This document shows positions 47,143 through 57,444 of a stretch of 64,000 bases of DNA, in pieces. The position numbers and the translations under genes are program-made. The stretch's first letter is position 1, and each line of letters begins with the position of its first letter. The stretch comes from a virus. The notes below the pieces were generated by a model. That model did not search any database. It was not told the origin of the DNA and saw only the letters and a list, made by a program, of their open reading frames with translations. Location of the stretch: positions 32,001-96,000 of IMG/VR virus record IMGVR_UViG_3300034152_000556; one strand, 5' to 3'.

Positions 47143-50100
47143 TTATCTTGTTAACATAAGTGAAACAAAATATGAATTCAATAAATCTTTAGCTGGTGAT
47201 ATTTTTGCTTCACGATATTTTGCTGACCCTTTCTCGATGATTTCAGAAATGATTTCATCTCTTGTTATGTAATCATCGCTTAATGGCCCCATCATTTCAG
47301 CTAATGTGTTTACACAGTTGTATGAAATAAATGCATAAGTGTCAGCTTCACCGACTCTCTGACCTCCACCTCTTCTTTTTCCAGCTGTTGGTTGTGCGGT
47401 TTTACCAGCTGTTGGTCCTGTGCTTCTACCATAAATCTTGGATTCACCAAGATGTTCAAGTTTACCAATATACATATAACCAATTGGTATCTCTCTAAAT
47501 GTTGTTGTATTAAATTCAGGCAATCGAAGCTTATACCCTGTTTTTAAACCAACAACCGACAGAGCTTTCTTAATATCATTGTGGTTTGGTGCTTTAAAAG
47601 GTGGGATAATAATAGGAAAAAACCCACTCTTCTTTGTTCTCTCAACGAACTCATTAAATTTCACCCCTGATAATTTTTCTATGTTTGCCAGCATAGATAG
47701 AGTCGTTTTTTTGTTCTTACTTTTATCGAGATACTGATAAACTTTTTTCAATAAATCAATGATTTTAGCTTTTGTTAAATTTGGTAACATTAAACCAAGC
47801 TGTCTTGCAATTAACCCACAGTACGTCTCGTATACTTGCCCCATGTTCATTCTACCAATAATTCCAAGTGGATTCATCACCATATCAAGGGTTCCGAACG
47901 GTGTTCGCGGCATCAAGTTGTCTTTCTCAAGTAGCGAAATAATACCTTTGTTACCATGACGATTACAAAGTTTATCACCAAGACCAATTCTTAGCTCTTG
48001 TTCAATTTTAAATTTGACCAGAACACCTTTTATGCTTTCGCCCATGATTTTAAATTTCTCTTTTGGTGGCTTATCATGTCTTTTATTGGTACGTTTGATT
48101 AGGCTTTCGATTTCTGGAAAAGTGTTTTCTGGCATATTGGAGAAAACCTCAATGTCAACAATTGTACCGCCAGGACTTTTCTTTATAAATTGACCAGATT
48201 GAATATCTGTATCATCGTCTTCTTCAAATCCAATGAGTTGTTCAATCTCACCAACAGTCTTCCTCAATAGTGGTTCACCCTTTTCTAGTTTGTCACCAAT
48301 CTTTGCAATAAAAACTAATCGATCATTTTCTGATATTAAAACCTCTTCTTCAATGCCGTGGAGTGATGTCAAACTATCACTTTCAACTAATCTCTCATTG
48401 ATAACAATGCCATCTTCAAAGTTATATCCCTTATATGGCATGAACCCAACTAACAAAGGTCTACCCAAAGCGATAGAACCAGATGCCATACACGCACCCT
48501 CTGCAACAATATCACCTTTCTTTACAGATTGGCCGGTTTTAACAGTTGGTTTAAAAACACTCAGAGTGTTTTTTCCTGACCCTGATCTAAGATGCATGGG
48601 TGTTATATCGACAACATCTTTCTTACCAGCAGCGCATTTCATTGTTATTTTATCAATAGTTATTTTATCAATCTTACCGGTGCAAGGTGCTCTTTTGATA
48701 AAGTTGTCTGAAAGAACGTTTGTCAAAATAGATTCATATCCAGATTGAACAACAGGGGGTTGTGGGTTTTTCAACGGAAGCATTTGTTTTGCTTGATTTG
48801 TTATCATAATAACACGAGCACCATCATTGTTTTCAAGAAATGGTGTCATAACAGAACTGGTTGATAACATACCAGTACCCTCATCGTCACTTATTTTTTT
48901 AGCTTGAAACATACCACGAGATGATGTGATCAATGCATCAACCGTAAGCTGTTGCACAATACCAATATTGCCGCTTTCAGGTGTGTCTAATGGGTCAATA
49001 TTTCCAAAGTATGTATCATGTATATTACGACTTGCATTATCAATAGACCTCTTATCAGGTATGCCACCAACTTGCTTTCCAACGGGTGAGATTCTTGTGA
49101 TCGATGACATCTCTTCAATCGGATTTGCATATTCCATGCTCATTGAAAGCTCGGTCATTTGAAAGTCTTTCATTACCTTGGTCGGTACAATTGCTAGCTG
49201 AGCTTCATCATTTCCACCTAATATTTGCTCACGATATGTAGTATATGCTGCTAGAATTTGTTTCTGTGCTAAATGAACAAGAATTTCAGAGTTTCGTATT
49301 CTCTGATTTGTTAGATCGTTTCGAGGAATATAAGTTTTCTTAACAGCCTTATCAGCCATATAAAACATAATATCCTCAAGTTCTGTTGGTTGTTGTTTAT
49401 TCAGAAGAACCTGTCTTGCAACGGGGTCAACAATATTTTGAATCTTCAATTCAATTTGATATGTTGAATTAACACGCCCTGTATGTGCAATGATCAGGTT
49501 TTCAAAATATTGCTTCGATGGAAAGTCTCCTTCGATGTGATATTTATCTGGCGTACCATACTGAAAAGAATTAACAATGTATTCTTTTAATTCAGTATTG
49601 ACATTGTCAAAAATGACATACTCCTTTCCTCTAATTCTTGCCCAATGCTTTTCACCTTTTGGTCTCTCTGTTGCCATACGATATTTTATACCGTATTTTT
49701 TCAATGATTGTTCAAAACCAAATGCGAAAAACACCAGAAATGAAAATGGCATTTTATATGTCATGAAAGAATCAAGAAAAGTAACCTTTCTTAGACTCTT
49801 AACATTAAATCTGAAAGTTGAATATGAACTTTCAAATCTAGCTTCTCCTGGTTTTGGAAATGTAATTGGGTTGCGTATGATCTGATTGATCAAAACCTTT
49901 TTCTGACCGTTAATTCTGAATGTTCCCGTATTTAAATCAATCTTTGGTATTTCAATAGCTACTTGTTGTAATTTTCCAAATTTATCTTTTAAAGTAACTG
50001 TTACAATGCTGATGTCAGATTTTAAGATTTCACCAGCTCTTTGTGGTTTATCACCAATAGATATTGAGTGAAATTTAAGTGGTGGGTCTCGTTTTTCTAA

Positions 50101-51219
50101 GACTTTAAATGCGTTTGTCAGATCATTTCTGATGTTGGTTTCAAAATCAATTTTTCTTTTTTGAAAAATATGTTCTGGAGATTTATTACCAACCGCAGCT
50201 GTTGGATTATAAACAGCAACACGCGGGTCTGTCGTAAGACTTATAGTTTTCTCAGGCTTTAATAACTCATCAGAAAAATTCTTACTGATAGCTTTTAGAG
50301 CTTTTGTTGAATTTTTGGACGTAATGCCTTTTGCAATATTTTTTGCACCATCAAGATCGCCGCTTACTCTATAAAGAATTGCTGTTGCGGTGATTTTTTC
50401 GATATCACTTTTTGTTACATCTCCGCTTGCAACCTTGTTTCTTGTCTCTTCATCGTCTTCTAGAAAATCTGATACCGCACCCTTAACGGCCTCGTCGTTG
50501 TCAATATTTGCTTTAACTGAAGAAACAATTTTGCTACTTGACACTTGTGCTTCAGCTTCGATCTCATCTTCAGTATCCACAGTTTTTATGTTCCTGATAT
50601 ATTGAAGCACTCTCCTAAAGGCATAATCCCCGTCTTTAACCATTAAACGATACTTTGCACCATCTGAAGATACTGTTGATAACAACATTGTTTCAAAGAA
50701 AAGGTCTTCTTCTTTTTTCATATCATGAATAATAGGAAACACTTTTCTGTTGATGAAAGTGTTTAAATCTTTCTCAATATCGACGGAATATACCAAAATT
50801 TTGTTATATTCGTCTGGAAAAAACCTAAAAGCTGACTCCAACGCATTTTTAATCAAATAGCCAGCTCTTTGTCTATATGTTGTTGGTTTCATTCGAGCAT
50901 CAACAGCTTGCACATAATTTGATACATCAAAGATTACGTTTCGACCAGTTGGTATTCTTTGTCTGCTTGTGTAAGCTGTTAGCTTATAAGCTTTATAGAG
51001 CTTTCTTAAATCTGATGTTAAAAGAGTGCGTGGTATTTTCGTAAAAGGCACAACAACAATTTGAAAGTCTGCTGGTCTCAAATTAAGCTTTGGTAGATCG
51101 TCAATAAGAGTCGAGTTTTCAGAAAAATAGATTAACGCCGTTGGATTCTTAGGGTCGCGTCGAAAAATCACACCATCAACTACATGTGTGTACTGTCTTA
51201 AATTTTTAAATGGTATCAT
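47143..51219 (-). CDS. rpoB: Multisubunit RNA polymerase beta subunit, set 2 (probable virion RNAP), long N-terminal extension
   Basis: GTFRING, DPLDTPESGNIG, GYNFEDG, GDKLCNRHGNKG, GRMNMGQ, GGQRVGE. Confidence 0.93.
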   Translation of the reverse strand: MIPFKNLRQYTHVVDGVIFRRDPKNPTALIYFSENSTLIDDLPKLNLRPADFQIVVVPFTKIPRTLLTSDLRKLYKAYKLTAYTSRQRIPTGRNVIFDVSNYVQAVDARMKPTTYRQRAGYLIKNALESAFRFFPDEYNKILVYSVDIEKDLNTFINRKVFPIIHDMKKEEDLFFETMLLSTVSSDGAKYRLMVKDGDYAFRRVLQYIRNIKTVDTEDEIEAEAQVSSSKIVSSVKANIDNDEAVKGAVSDFLEDDEETRNKVASGDVTKSDIEKITATAILYRVSGDLDGAKNIAKGITSKNSTKALKAISKNFSDELLKPEKTISLTTDPRVAVYNPTAAVGNKSPEHIFQKRKIDFETNIRNDLTNAFKVLEKRDPPLKFHSISIGDKPQRAGEILKSDISIVTVTLKDKFGKLQQVAIEIPKIDLNTGTFRINGQKKVLINQIIRNPITFPKPGEARFESSYSTFRFNVKSLRKVTFLDSFMTYKMPFSFLVFFAFGFEQSLKKYGIKYRMATERPKGEKHWARIRGKEYVIFDNVNTELKEYIVNSFQYGTPDKYHIEGDFPSKQYFENLIIAHTGRVNSTYQIELKIQNIVDPVARQVLLNKQQPTELEDIMFYMADKAVKKTYIPRNDLTNQRIRNSEILVHLAQKQILAAYTTYREQILGGNDEAQLAIVPTKVMKDFQMTELSMSMEYANPIEEMSSITRISPVGKQVGGIPDKRSIDNASRNIHDTYFGNIDPLDTPESGNIGIVQQLTVDALITSSRGMFQAKKISDDEGTGMLSTSSVMTPFLENNDGARVIMITNQAKQMLPLKNPQPPVVQSGYESILTNVLSDNFIKRAPCTGKIDKITIDKITMKCAAGKKDVVDITPMHLRSGSGKNTLSVFKPTVKTGQSVKKGDIVAEGACMASGSIALGRPLLVGFMPYKGYNFEDGIVINERLVESDSLTSLHGIEEEVLISENDRLVFIAKIGDKLEKGEPLLRKTVGEIEQLIGFEEDDDTDIQSGQFIKKSPGGTIVDIEVFSNMPENTFPEIESLIKRTNKRHDKPPKEKFKIMGESIKGVLVKFKIEQELRIGLGDKLCNRHGNKGIISLLEKDNLMPRTPFGTLDMVMNPLGIIGRMNMGQVYETYCGLIARQLGLMLPNLTKAKIIDLLKKVYQYLDKSKNKKTTLSMLANIEKLSGVKFNEFVERTKKSGFFPIIIPPFKAPNHNDIKKALSVVGLKTGYKLRLPEFNTTTFREIPIGYMYIGKLEHLGESKIYGRSTGPTAGKTAQPTAGKRRGGGQRVGEADTYAFISYNCVNTLAEMMGPLSDDYITRDEIISEIIEKGSAKYREAKISPAKDLLNSYFVSLMLTR

Positions 51220-53174
51220 CTCATAAGCCTTTTTGCTATTGGTTTTAGCTCTTTTTTATAGTCTTCCTTACCAACAATTCCCTCAAACATTTTCTGTGAC
51301 CAATCAATAATATCTTCCATTCTGGTCGAGAGATTCGGTTTACCGCCCGTGTCTAAAACTAAATTGTAAATAAAAACATCTGTATCCTGACCGATTCTAT
51401 GAACTCTATCTTCAGCTTGCGATCTGTCTGTTGATCTCCACGGTTGATTTAGAAATATAACTGTGTTTGCTTCAACAAGAGTCACACCGGTTGATAAAGT
51501 CTGTATTGTTGCTATCAATGGGTTTCTTGTTGTGTCCTCTTTAAAGAGTTTTAGTAAACTTGTGACAGCACTTGATGTTTCGCCAAAAATAAGTATTGGA
51601 TCTTTTTTATTACATGAACTTGTTACATAGTCTGCTGTGCTCTTGACAACATCAACATATGTTGAAAAACATACTGTTTTCTTTGCACTTTTTTCTATAA
51701 TTTCACAAATAGGGCTTTTTTGAACCATCTTAGCAAACATTTCAGCTCTTAGTTTGTTAAGTAACCCTCCAAGAACCTCACCCATAATTTTCAGTTGTAC
51801 ATATTTTACAACAGATTTTGATCGGTCAAATTTCTTTTTTTGTTCGTTTGTTAATAATGGTCTCAATACATCTTTTTCATACTTGTTCGCTCTTGCTACT
51901 TCTTCAACTTGATATTTATCCATCGTATTGTAACCAAATTCTTGAAGCCGTCTAACAACGTCTAAATACCATTCAAAAGTTGCATCATCTTTTAATTGTT
52001 CTTTTAATGCATCTATAACCTCCCAATATTCTTTATGATAAAATTTCTTGTTTTTTTCGTAAAACTTCTGACGTTTCTTCATGTAAGCCAATACTTGGTC
52101 TTTAACTGAAACAAGTGTATATTTATCACTTCCTGGTACTTTGACTTTTATTTCTTTATGTGTTTTGCTAGGTAATTTCAAAACCTCAGATTTCATTTTG
52201 CGATGCATAACCATGCCTAAACGATTTTTTAATATGTCAAGTGCAACTGAAGTTTTTACACCAAATGCATTTAGAAAAATCTTTTGAGCCATGTCATCAA
52301 AGAATGGATCAATTAGCTGAAGGGAAGGCACCATTTCTGAGCCAAGAGCTTTGATTGGTGTACCACTCATGAGCAAAGTATCTTGACATTTGACAGCCTT
52401 TGCAAAAGCTAGCAGTCTTATTACTCTCTGAGCACCAACGTTTTTAAAATTATGGGATTCATCAACAATAATACCAACGTTCTTACTCTGAACCACATAC
52501 TTCAAAACAAGTTTTAATTTATCTATTGATTCATAATTTGTAATGTAAAATCTTGCTTTTTTTGGTTTTTCCCCAACAACCCATATATCTTGATTTTGTT
52601 TGAAAACTGTTTCAATTTCATTTTTCCAAACTGTTCTTATTGTACTCTTTGGGGCTATTACAATAATAGCATCTTTTTCTAGACCATGCATTAACGCTAT
52701 TGATGTAAATGTTTTTCCCAATCCCTGTTCAAATGATAATATATATCCATTCAAATTATACTTCTGCTTTTTTTCATCATATATTTGTATAAATTCTTTC
52801 TGATAAGGCTTTAAAGTATAATTAAATTCAGAAAATTTTCCAGATTTTACACGATTTGAAAAGTTCTGATTTATTCTTTTCATCCATGTTTTTTCAAGAA
52901 TAAGGTTTATCAATTCAGCATACTTTGTTTTAGTTTGAAAGCCAAATTTATGTCTTCCTGGTAGAAGACCTAAAATGTAAACTAATTCTGGTAGGAAAAA
53001 CCTATGTACTTTAATCGTACCACGCCCAAACATTCTAAATGAAACTTTAAAAAATTTTAGTAGTCTTTTTGATTTGTATATACGATATACATGACGAATA
53101 AATGAATCGGTCGGAAAGCCTGTGAATTCAGCTATATTTCCAGATTCGGTAACATTTGTATTAAAATATGACAT
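51216..53174 (-). CDS. SNF2-family helicase/ATPase
   Basis: EQGLGKT, VDESH, SGTPI, GVTL..A, QAEDRVHRIGQ. Confidence 0.92.
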   Translation of the reverse strand: MSYFNTNVTESGNIAEFTGFPTDSFIRHVYRIYKSKRLLKFFKVSFRMFGRGTIKVHRFFLPELVYILGLLPGRHKFGFQTKTKYAELINLILEKTWMKRINQNFSNRVKSGKFSEFNYTLKPYQKEFIQIYDEKKQKYNLNGYILSFEQGLGKTFTSIALMHGLEKDAIIVIAPKSTIRTVWKNEIETVFKQNQDIWVVGEKPKKARFYITNYESIDKLKLVLKYVVQSKNVGIIVDESHNFKNVGAQRVIRLLAFAKAVKCQDTLLMSGTPIKALGSEMVPSLQLIDPFFDDMAQKIFLNAFGVKTSVALDILKNRLGMVMHRKMKSEVLKLPSKTHKEIKVKVPGSDKYTLVSVKDQVLAYMKKRQKFYEKNKKFYHKEYWEVIDALKEQLKDDATFEWYLDVVRRLQEFGYNTMDKYQVEEVARANKYEKDVLRPLLTNEQKKKFDRSKSVVKYVQLKIMGEVLGGLLNKLRAEMFAKMVQKSPICEIIEKSAKKTVCFSTYVDVVKSTADYVTSSCNKKDPILIFGETSSAVTSLLKLFKEDTTRNPLIATIQTLSTGVTLVEANTVIFLNQPWRSTDRSQAEDRVHRIGQDTDVFIYNLVLDTGGKPNLSTRMEDIIDWSQKMFEGIVGKEDYKKELKPIAKRLMR

Positions 53175-53176
53175 GA

Positions 53177-53869
53177 TTAGACCTCGTATTCATCATATGG
53201 ATTATCTTTTGGCTCGTATGCTGCTACATCTTCTTCTTTTTTTTCTTTTATTGTTACATATTTATATAGCAAAAACCCAATTAGCATCATGATCAACCCA
53301 GCCACGATTACGATCCACATGTATGGATTTATCATGGTAACCATTGAGTATATTCCATACAGCTCTGGGTAATGAATTAAAATATGTGAAAAATAATTAC
53401 CCACTAAAGCTAAAATTTTTACAACAATGCCCCATTTAAGAGCAAATTTGCCAACGTCATATAGAAAAATTGCCAGTTTTCTTAATAAGTTATCAATAAA
53501 TTTAATTCGTTTTAAAAGCTCCGTGTTTCCCTTTGCTGCGTTTTTAACCTTGTCGTTGATAAAATTAGTGACTGTTAAAATAAGAGCAGCGATACTTTTT
53601 GTTTCGACGTTATTCCCTTTTACCTTTCTAAAATGAAATTGATATTTATTCTTAAAACCATCAATGTGTTTCTTTGAATATAACACGACATCGCGGAACT
53701 GAAATATCGGTAAGTTGAGACTCTGATATAATTTTGCTGCTCCATTAACATTCTTAGATGATATCATTGATATAAGTTTCTCAACATTTTTTGTTGTTAG
53801 TCTTTTTATCAATGATTGAACATCTTCTTGTAGATAAATATAATCAATATGTTCATCAAGATAAATCAT
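53177..53869 (-). CDS. Membrane-segment-containing probable virion protein
   Basis: N-terminal YIYLQE; two hydrophobic helices near the C-terminus. Confidence 0.65.
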   Translation of the reverse strand: MIYLDEHIDYIYLQEDVQSLIKRLTTKNVEKLISMISSKNVNGAAKLYQSLNLPIFQFRDVVLYSKKHIDGFKNKYQFHFRKVKGNNVETKSIAALILTVTNFINDKVKNAAKGNTELLKRIKFIDNLLRKLAIFLYDVGKFALKWGIVVKILALVGNYFSHILIHYPELYGIYSMVTMINPYMWIVIVAGLIMMLIGFLLYKYVTIKEKKEEDVAAYEPKDNPYDEYEV

Positions 53870-56800
53870 TACCGCCTCTCCTTTAATTCCGACAACTCAC
53901 TTGTTAATACTCTTTCTAGAATGCTTGGTTCTTCTGGTTCTTCTGTTATCAATCCATTACGAATAGCTTCATTGATATTTTCAAACGCCAACCCCTGAAT
54001 AAAACTTGTTTTAAAAACAATATTTTTGATGTTCATCATAGATGGGTTCCATTTTTTCCCCAATCTTGCTGGAAGTGATGGGTTATCAGCATCTCTCAAA
54101 ACTTGACTTAACAAAATTTCAAAATGTACAGAATCGGTGTCTCTCAATGAAGAATATATTTTATAAAATTTTCTAAATAAATGATCTGCGTCTTTAATAA
54201 TCTCGCGACCACCAACAAGACGTTTTACGTATTGAATCTGCTCCTTTGTCACATCGGTTTGTAATGTTGTCTCTAAAATATTTTCACCTTTTTCAAATTC
54301 TAGAAAAATATATTTTCTACCAATTCTTGTTAGACGTTCGCTATGAAACATAACTGGATAATCTAGAACAAGATTAAACATAGCATCTTCAGATTCTAAT
54401 CTACATACAACACCTTTTGCATAAAGTTCAGAATCATCATCATTAAAATATAAATCTTTTGCAACCGGATAGTCATCAACATCAATAGTAATTTTACAAT
54501 CTTGTAATGCCATCAATGTATTTTCTGATTGTTTTATATGTTTCTTGACCACATTTGGACTTGTTAATGGGTCATTTGACAAAATATCATTGATCATATC
54601 TTTTATAACAATCTTTACTGCACCACCTGTATGAAACGTTCTCATGATTGTTTGCGTACCAGCCTCACCAATTGCTTGTGAGGCAATAATACCAGCATAT
54701 GGGCTTCTGTGTCTTTCTAGAATGCGACCATAACAAGTATGACAAATCTTTTTTGACTGACAATATATTGGTGTTCTAAGCTTAATGACATCACCAGCTT
54801 TGTGTTCTGACGCTTCAAACTCAACTATTTTTCCATTTTTTAAAATATACCTACCCCACATTCTTTCAATCAAATCATTCGTCAATCTAGCATTAAGATA
54901 TTTTGTAACCTTACAATCTTTTAAGGTTCTGTCAATTTCGACACTGTTCAAAACATACGCAAGCTGTCTTGAAAAGTATCCAGTATCAGCTGTATTCAAA
55001 ACTCTATCGATAATACCAGTTCTAGAACCAGCTGAAGCTTCAAAATATTCTGTGTTTGTCAGACCTTCTGTATAAGAACCAGCAACAGGCGGCTGGACCT
55101 TACCTTGTGGGTCAGCGATCAAACCTTTTGCAAACAAAATTTGCCTTGGTTGCCCCCACCCCTTTCCGGCTCCAGATTCAACAAGATCATAAATCCCTGT
55201 ATTTTTTAGATGCTCTTTCAATCTTTTTTCAGCTTGTTTGATAATAGCATCTGCTTCTTCAGTTGTTGCATTTTTTAACCTTTCTTTTAAATCTTTTAGA
55301 TCATCTGGAATTTCAACGTCATCAATTGTAAAGGTTGGTGACATTAGAGTTGCAAACTTAAAACCAATGTCTTTGAGTTTTGAATACGTTTCGATGGCTT
55401 GCTCTTCTCCATACTTACTGATAATTTTAGGTATCATAAGATTGAGGTCTTTTTTAGTCATCGGTTTTTCAATAAATGGAAAGTCTGGTGGAAATGCGCT
55501 ATTTATAATCGCCCTTCCCATTGTTGTTCTTCTCTTTCGATAAACAACCGGGATATAGGGATCGTTTGCAGTGTCTAAACTTTTATCTGTAACTGAAATA
55601 GGAGAGTCTGGTCTTGCTACGTCTTTCATTATAATATAGATTCCAGCACACATTTCTTTTGATATTTCATATGTAACAGAATTTGAATCTTCACCCGTAA
55701 CGGTTCTCATCATTTTTGTTTTTAATTCAGCTTGTGATTCATCTGTAATTGGGTGATAGACCGCCATCGTATCACCATCAAAATCTGCATTAAAACCACC
55801 AACTTGAAGGGTTGATAGTTTCAATGTGTTCCCTGTGACAATCTTTGGTTTGAATGCGCGAACAGATTTAGCGTGAAGAACGGGATCTCTTTTTGCAATA
55901 ACCGCTCTGTTCATAGATACAACTTCTGCTGCCTCGAATATCATTTTTTCAAGCGAGGGTGGTATCTTATCACCATTGTGAATTGCTTTGAATACATTTC
56001 TTAGAGAATCTACAGATAACTCAACTTTCAAAAATTTGTTTATTTCATCATTGAGTTTTTGTTTATCAACTTTGCCGGAATAAAAAAGTCTATGTAATAA
56101 AAAAGGCTCGAACAAAACCACTGCCAATTTAAGTGGAATACCAATTTCGTTGACTTTTAACTCTGGACCCGGAGTGATAACTGATCGACCGGAAAAGTCG
56201 GTTCTTTTACCTAGAAGTTGAGAACGAATCAGCCCTCTTTTTTTCTGAATGATAGTTCTAACAAAGTTATCGTGGTCAACAACAGCCTTCTGAACTTCAT
56301 AATTTAAAAGATCAAACAACGGACCAGATTTTGGTGCGCTTTTCATCTGAATAGATTTTCTTAAAATTGACACATAATATTCGTTAATTGGGTCGATAAT
56401 CCATCTGCCATTTGACCCTTCGAAGGCTGGTCTCTGTTCTGGTGGTATTACTGGCACAATATCCACAAACAGTGTCTTTTGAGCAATCGCTTGTTCTATT
56501 TTTTTAATGAACTTCTCTCTTGCATCAGTACCAGCGTTAAACTTAATTTTTGGTAAGAGTTTGATGAGGGATGCGATACCAGTAACACCGTCTGGGTCGG
56601 GTGTTAGCTTACCATCTTTATCAAGAGAATATGACTCTTCTGTGCTCAAAATTTTTGGTATGTTTTTGCTATCAAGTCTACGAAGAATCTGAAGAGCTGC
56701 TGGGTGAATAACGGTTGTGTTCAAGTCCACATAAGAGAATGTTGTTTTTCTTTCTGTTGATTCTTCTGGCCCGAATATTATTTCAGAAAATAAACCTTCT

Positions 56801-56892
56801 GGATGCCATTCTCCCGGTTTTGACCAAATATCAGCTGATTTGACCGGCTTCAAATTCTTCTTGAACGTTGATAGGTCAAGAAAGTTAATCAT
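53869..56892 (-). CDS. rpoC: Multisubunit RNA polymerase beta' subunit, set 2 (probable virion RNAP)
   Basis: GLFSE.IFGP, GKRTDFSGRSVI, RDPVLH, NADFDGD, TADTGY, MRTFHTGG. Confidence 0.95.
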   Translation of the reverse strand: MINFLDLSTFKKNLKPVKSADIWSKPGEWHPEGLFSEIIFGPEESTERKTTFSYVDLNTTVIHPAALQILRRLDSKNIPKILSTEESYSLDKDGKLTPDPDGVTGIASLIKLLPKIKFNAGTDAREKFIKKIEQAIAQKTLFVDIVPVIPPEQRPAFEGSNGRWIIDPINEYYVSILRKSIQMKSAPKSGPLFDLLNYEVQKAVVDHDNFVRTIIQKKRGLIRSQLLGKRTDFSGRSVITPGPELKVNEIGIPLKLAVVLFEPFLLHRLFYSGKVDKQKLNDEINKFLKVELSVDSLRNVFKAIHNGDKIPPSLEKMIFEAAEVVSMNRAVIAKRDPVLHAKSVRAFKPKIVTGNTLKLSTLQVGGFNADFDGDTMAVYHPITDESQAELKTKMMRTVTGEDSNSVTYEISKEMCAGIYIIMKDVARPDSPISVTDKSLDTANDPYIPVVYRKRRTTMGRAIINSAFPPDFPFIEKPMTKKDLNLMIPKIISKYGEEQAIETYSKLKDIGFKFATLMSPTFTIDDVEIPDDLKDLKERLKNATTEEADAIIKQAEKRLKEHLKNTGIYDLVESGAGKGWGQPRQILFAKGLIADPQGKVQPPVAGSYTEGLTNTEYFEASAGSRTGIIDRVLNTADTGYFSRQLAYVLNSVEIDRTLKDCKVTKYLNARLTNDLIERMWGRYILKNGKIVEFEASEHKAGDVIKLRTPIYCQSKKICHTCYGRILERHRSPYAGIIASQAIGEAGTQTIMRTFHTGGAVKIVIKDMINDILSNDPLTSPNVVKKHIKQSENTLMALQDCKITIDVDDYPVAKDLYFNDDDSELYAKGVVCRLESEDAMFNLVLDYPVMFHSERLTRIGRKYIFLEFEKGENILETTLQTDVTKEQIQYVKRLVGGREIIKDADHLFRKFYKIYSSLRDTDSVHFEILLSQVLRDADNPSLPARLGKKWNPSMMNIKNIVFKTSFIQGLAFENINEAIRNGLITEEPEEPSILERVLTSELSELKERR

Positions 56893-57353
56893 TATCTATT
56901 ATCCAAGTATCCTTTTATTTTTTTCATCATTCTTGTAGCCATTGCTTTTTTTGCAGCGGTTACAGGGGGTTTTGGTACGTCTTTTGAAAAAATATTGTAT
57001 CGATGTTGCAATTGACCCAAAGCTTTATTTAGATCATTGACATCATACATTCCTTTGTCATCATCCATCATCTTTTGAACTATTTTTAAAGAAATTCCGA
57101 TGACCTTTGCATCTTCATGCCCTGCTCTATTGCAGATCGGCAGCATATATGGGGTTACGTCTCGACCCATATCTCCACCACCTTTTCTTTTAAGACAGAT
57201 GAAGCATGAAGGTTTTTCGCCATATAATCTGTCTCGAATATCTTTATGATACAAATAGTGATAGTCTGAACCTTGTGGATAAATAGTTTTTGAAACTTGT
57301 CTAATTAGCTCGGTAAGTGTTTCCATTTTTTGTTCGTCAAGCCTTTTTTTCAT
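56892..57353 (-). CDS. Hypothetical protein translationally coupled to beta' set 2
   Basis: Likely start MKKRLDEQ after GGAGG. Confidence 0.7.
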   Translation of the reverse strand: MKKRLDEQKMETLTELIRQVSKTIYPQGSDYHYLYHKDIRDRLYGEKPSCFICLKRKGGGDMGRDVTPYMLPICNRAGHEDAKVIGISLKIVQKMMDDDKGMYDVNDLNKALGQLQHRYNIFSKDVPKPPVTAAKKAMATRMMKKIKGYLDNR

Positions 57354-57388
57354 GTTATTATGCCTCCGTACTCGGAACCTATTTGTAA

Positions 57389-57397
57389 TTTGTTCTC
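57389..57397 (-). promoter_or_regulatory. Candidate late promoter GAGAACAAA
   Basis: Directly after the terminator and before the RNAP set 2 operon. Confidence 0.55.
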
Positions 57398-57408
57398 TAT
57401 TTTTTGAC

Positions 57409-57440
57409 AAAAAAATAGCGGGGTTCTGAACCCCGCTATT
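57409..57440 (-). terminator. Intrinsic terminator
   Basis: AATAGCGGGGT/ACCCCGCTATT stem followed by a T-tract. Confidence 0.85.
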
Positions 57441-57444
57441 CTTT

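Noticed and set aside
2186-56892. Introns/inteins in terL, RNAP or topoisomerase genes, or a reassigned stop codon
   Set aside because: The ORFs are continuous and of compact length, with no intein termini or homing endonuclease seen. TAA, TAG and TGA all end tightly packed genes.
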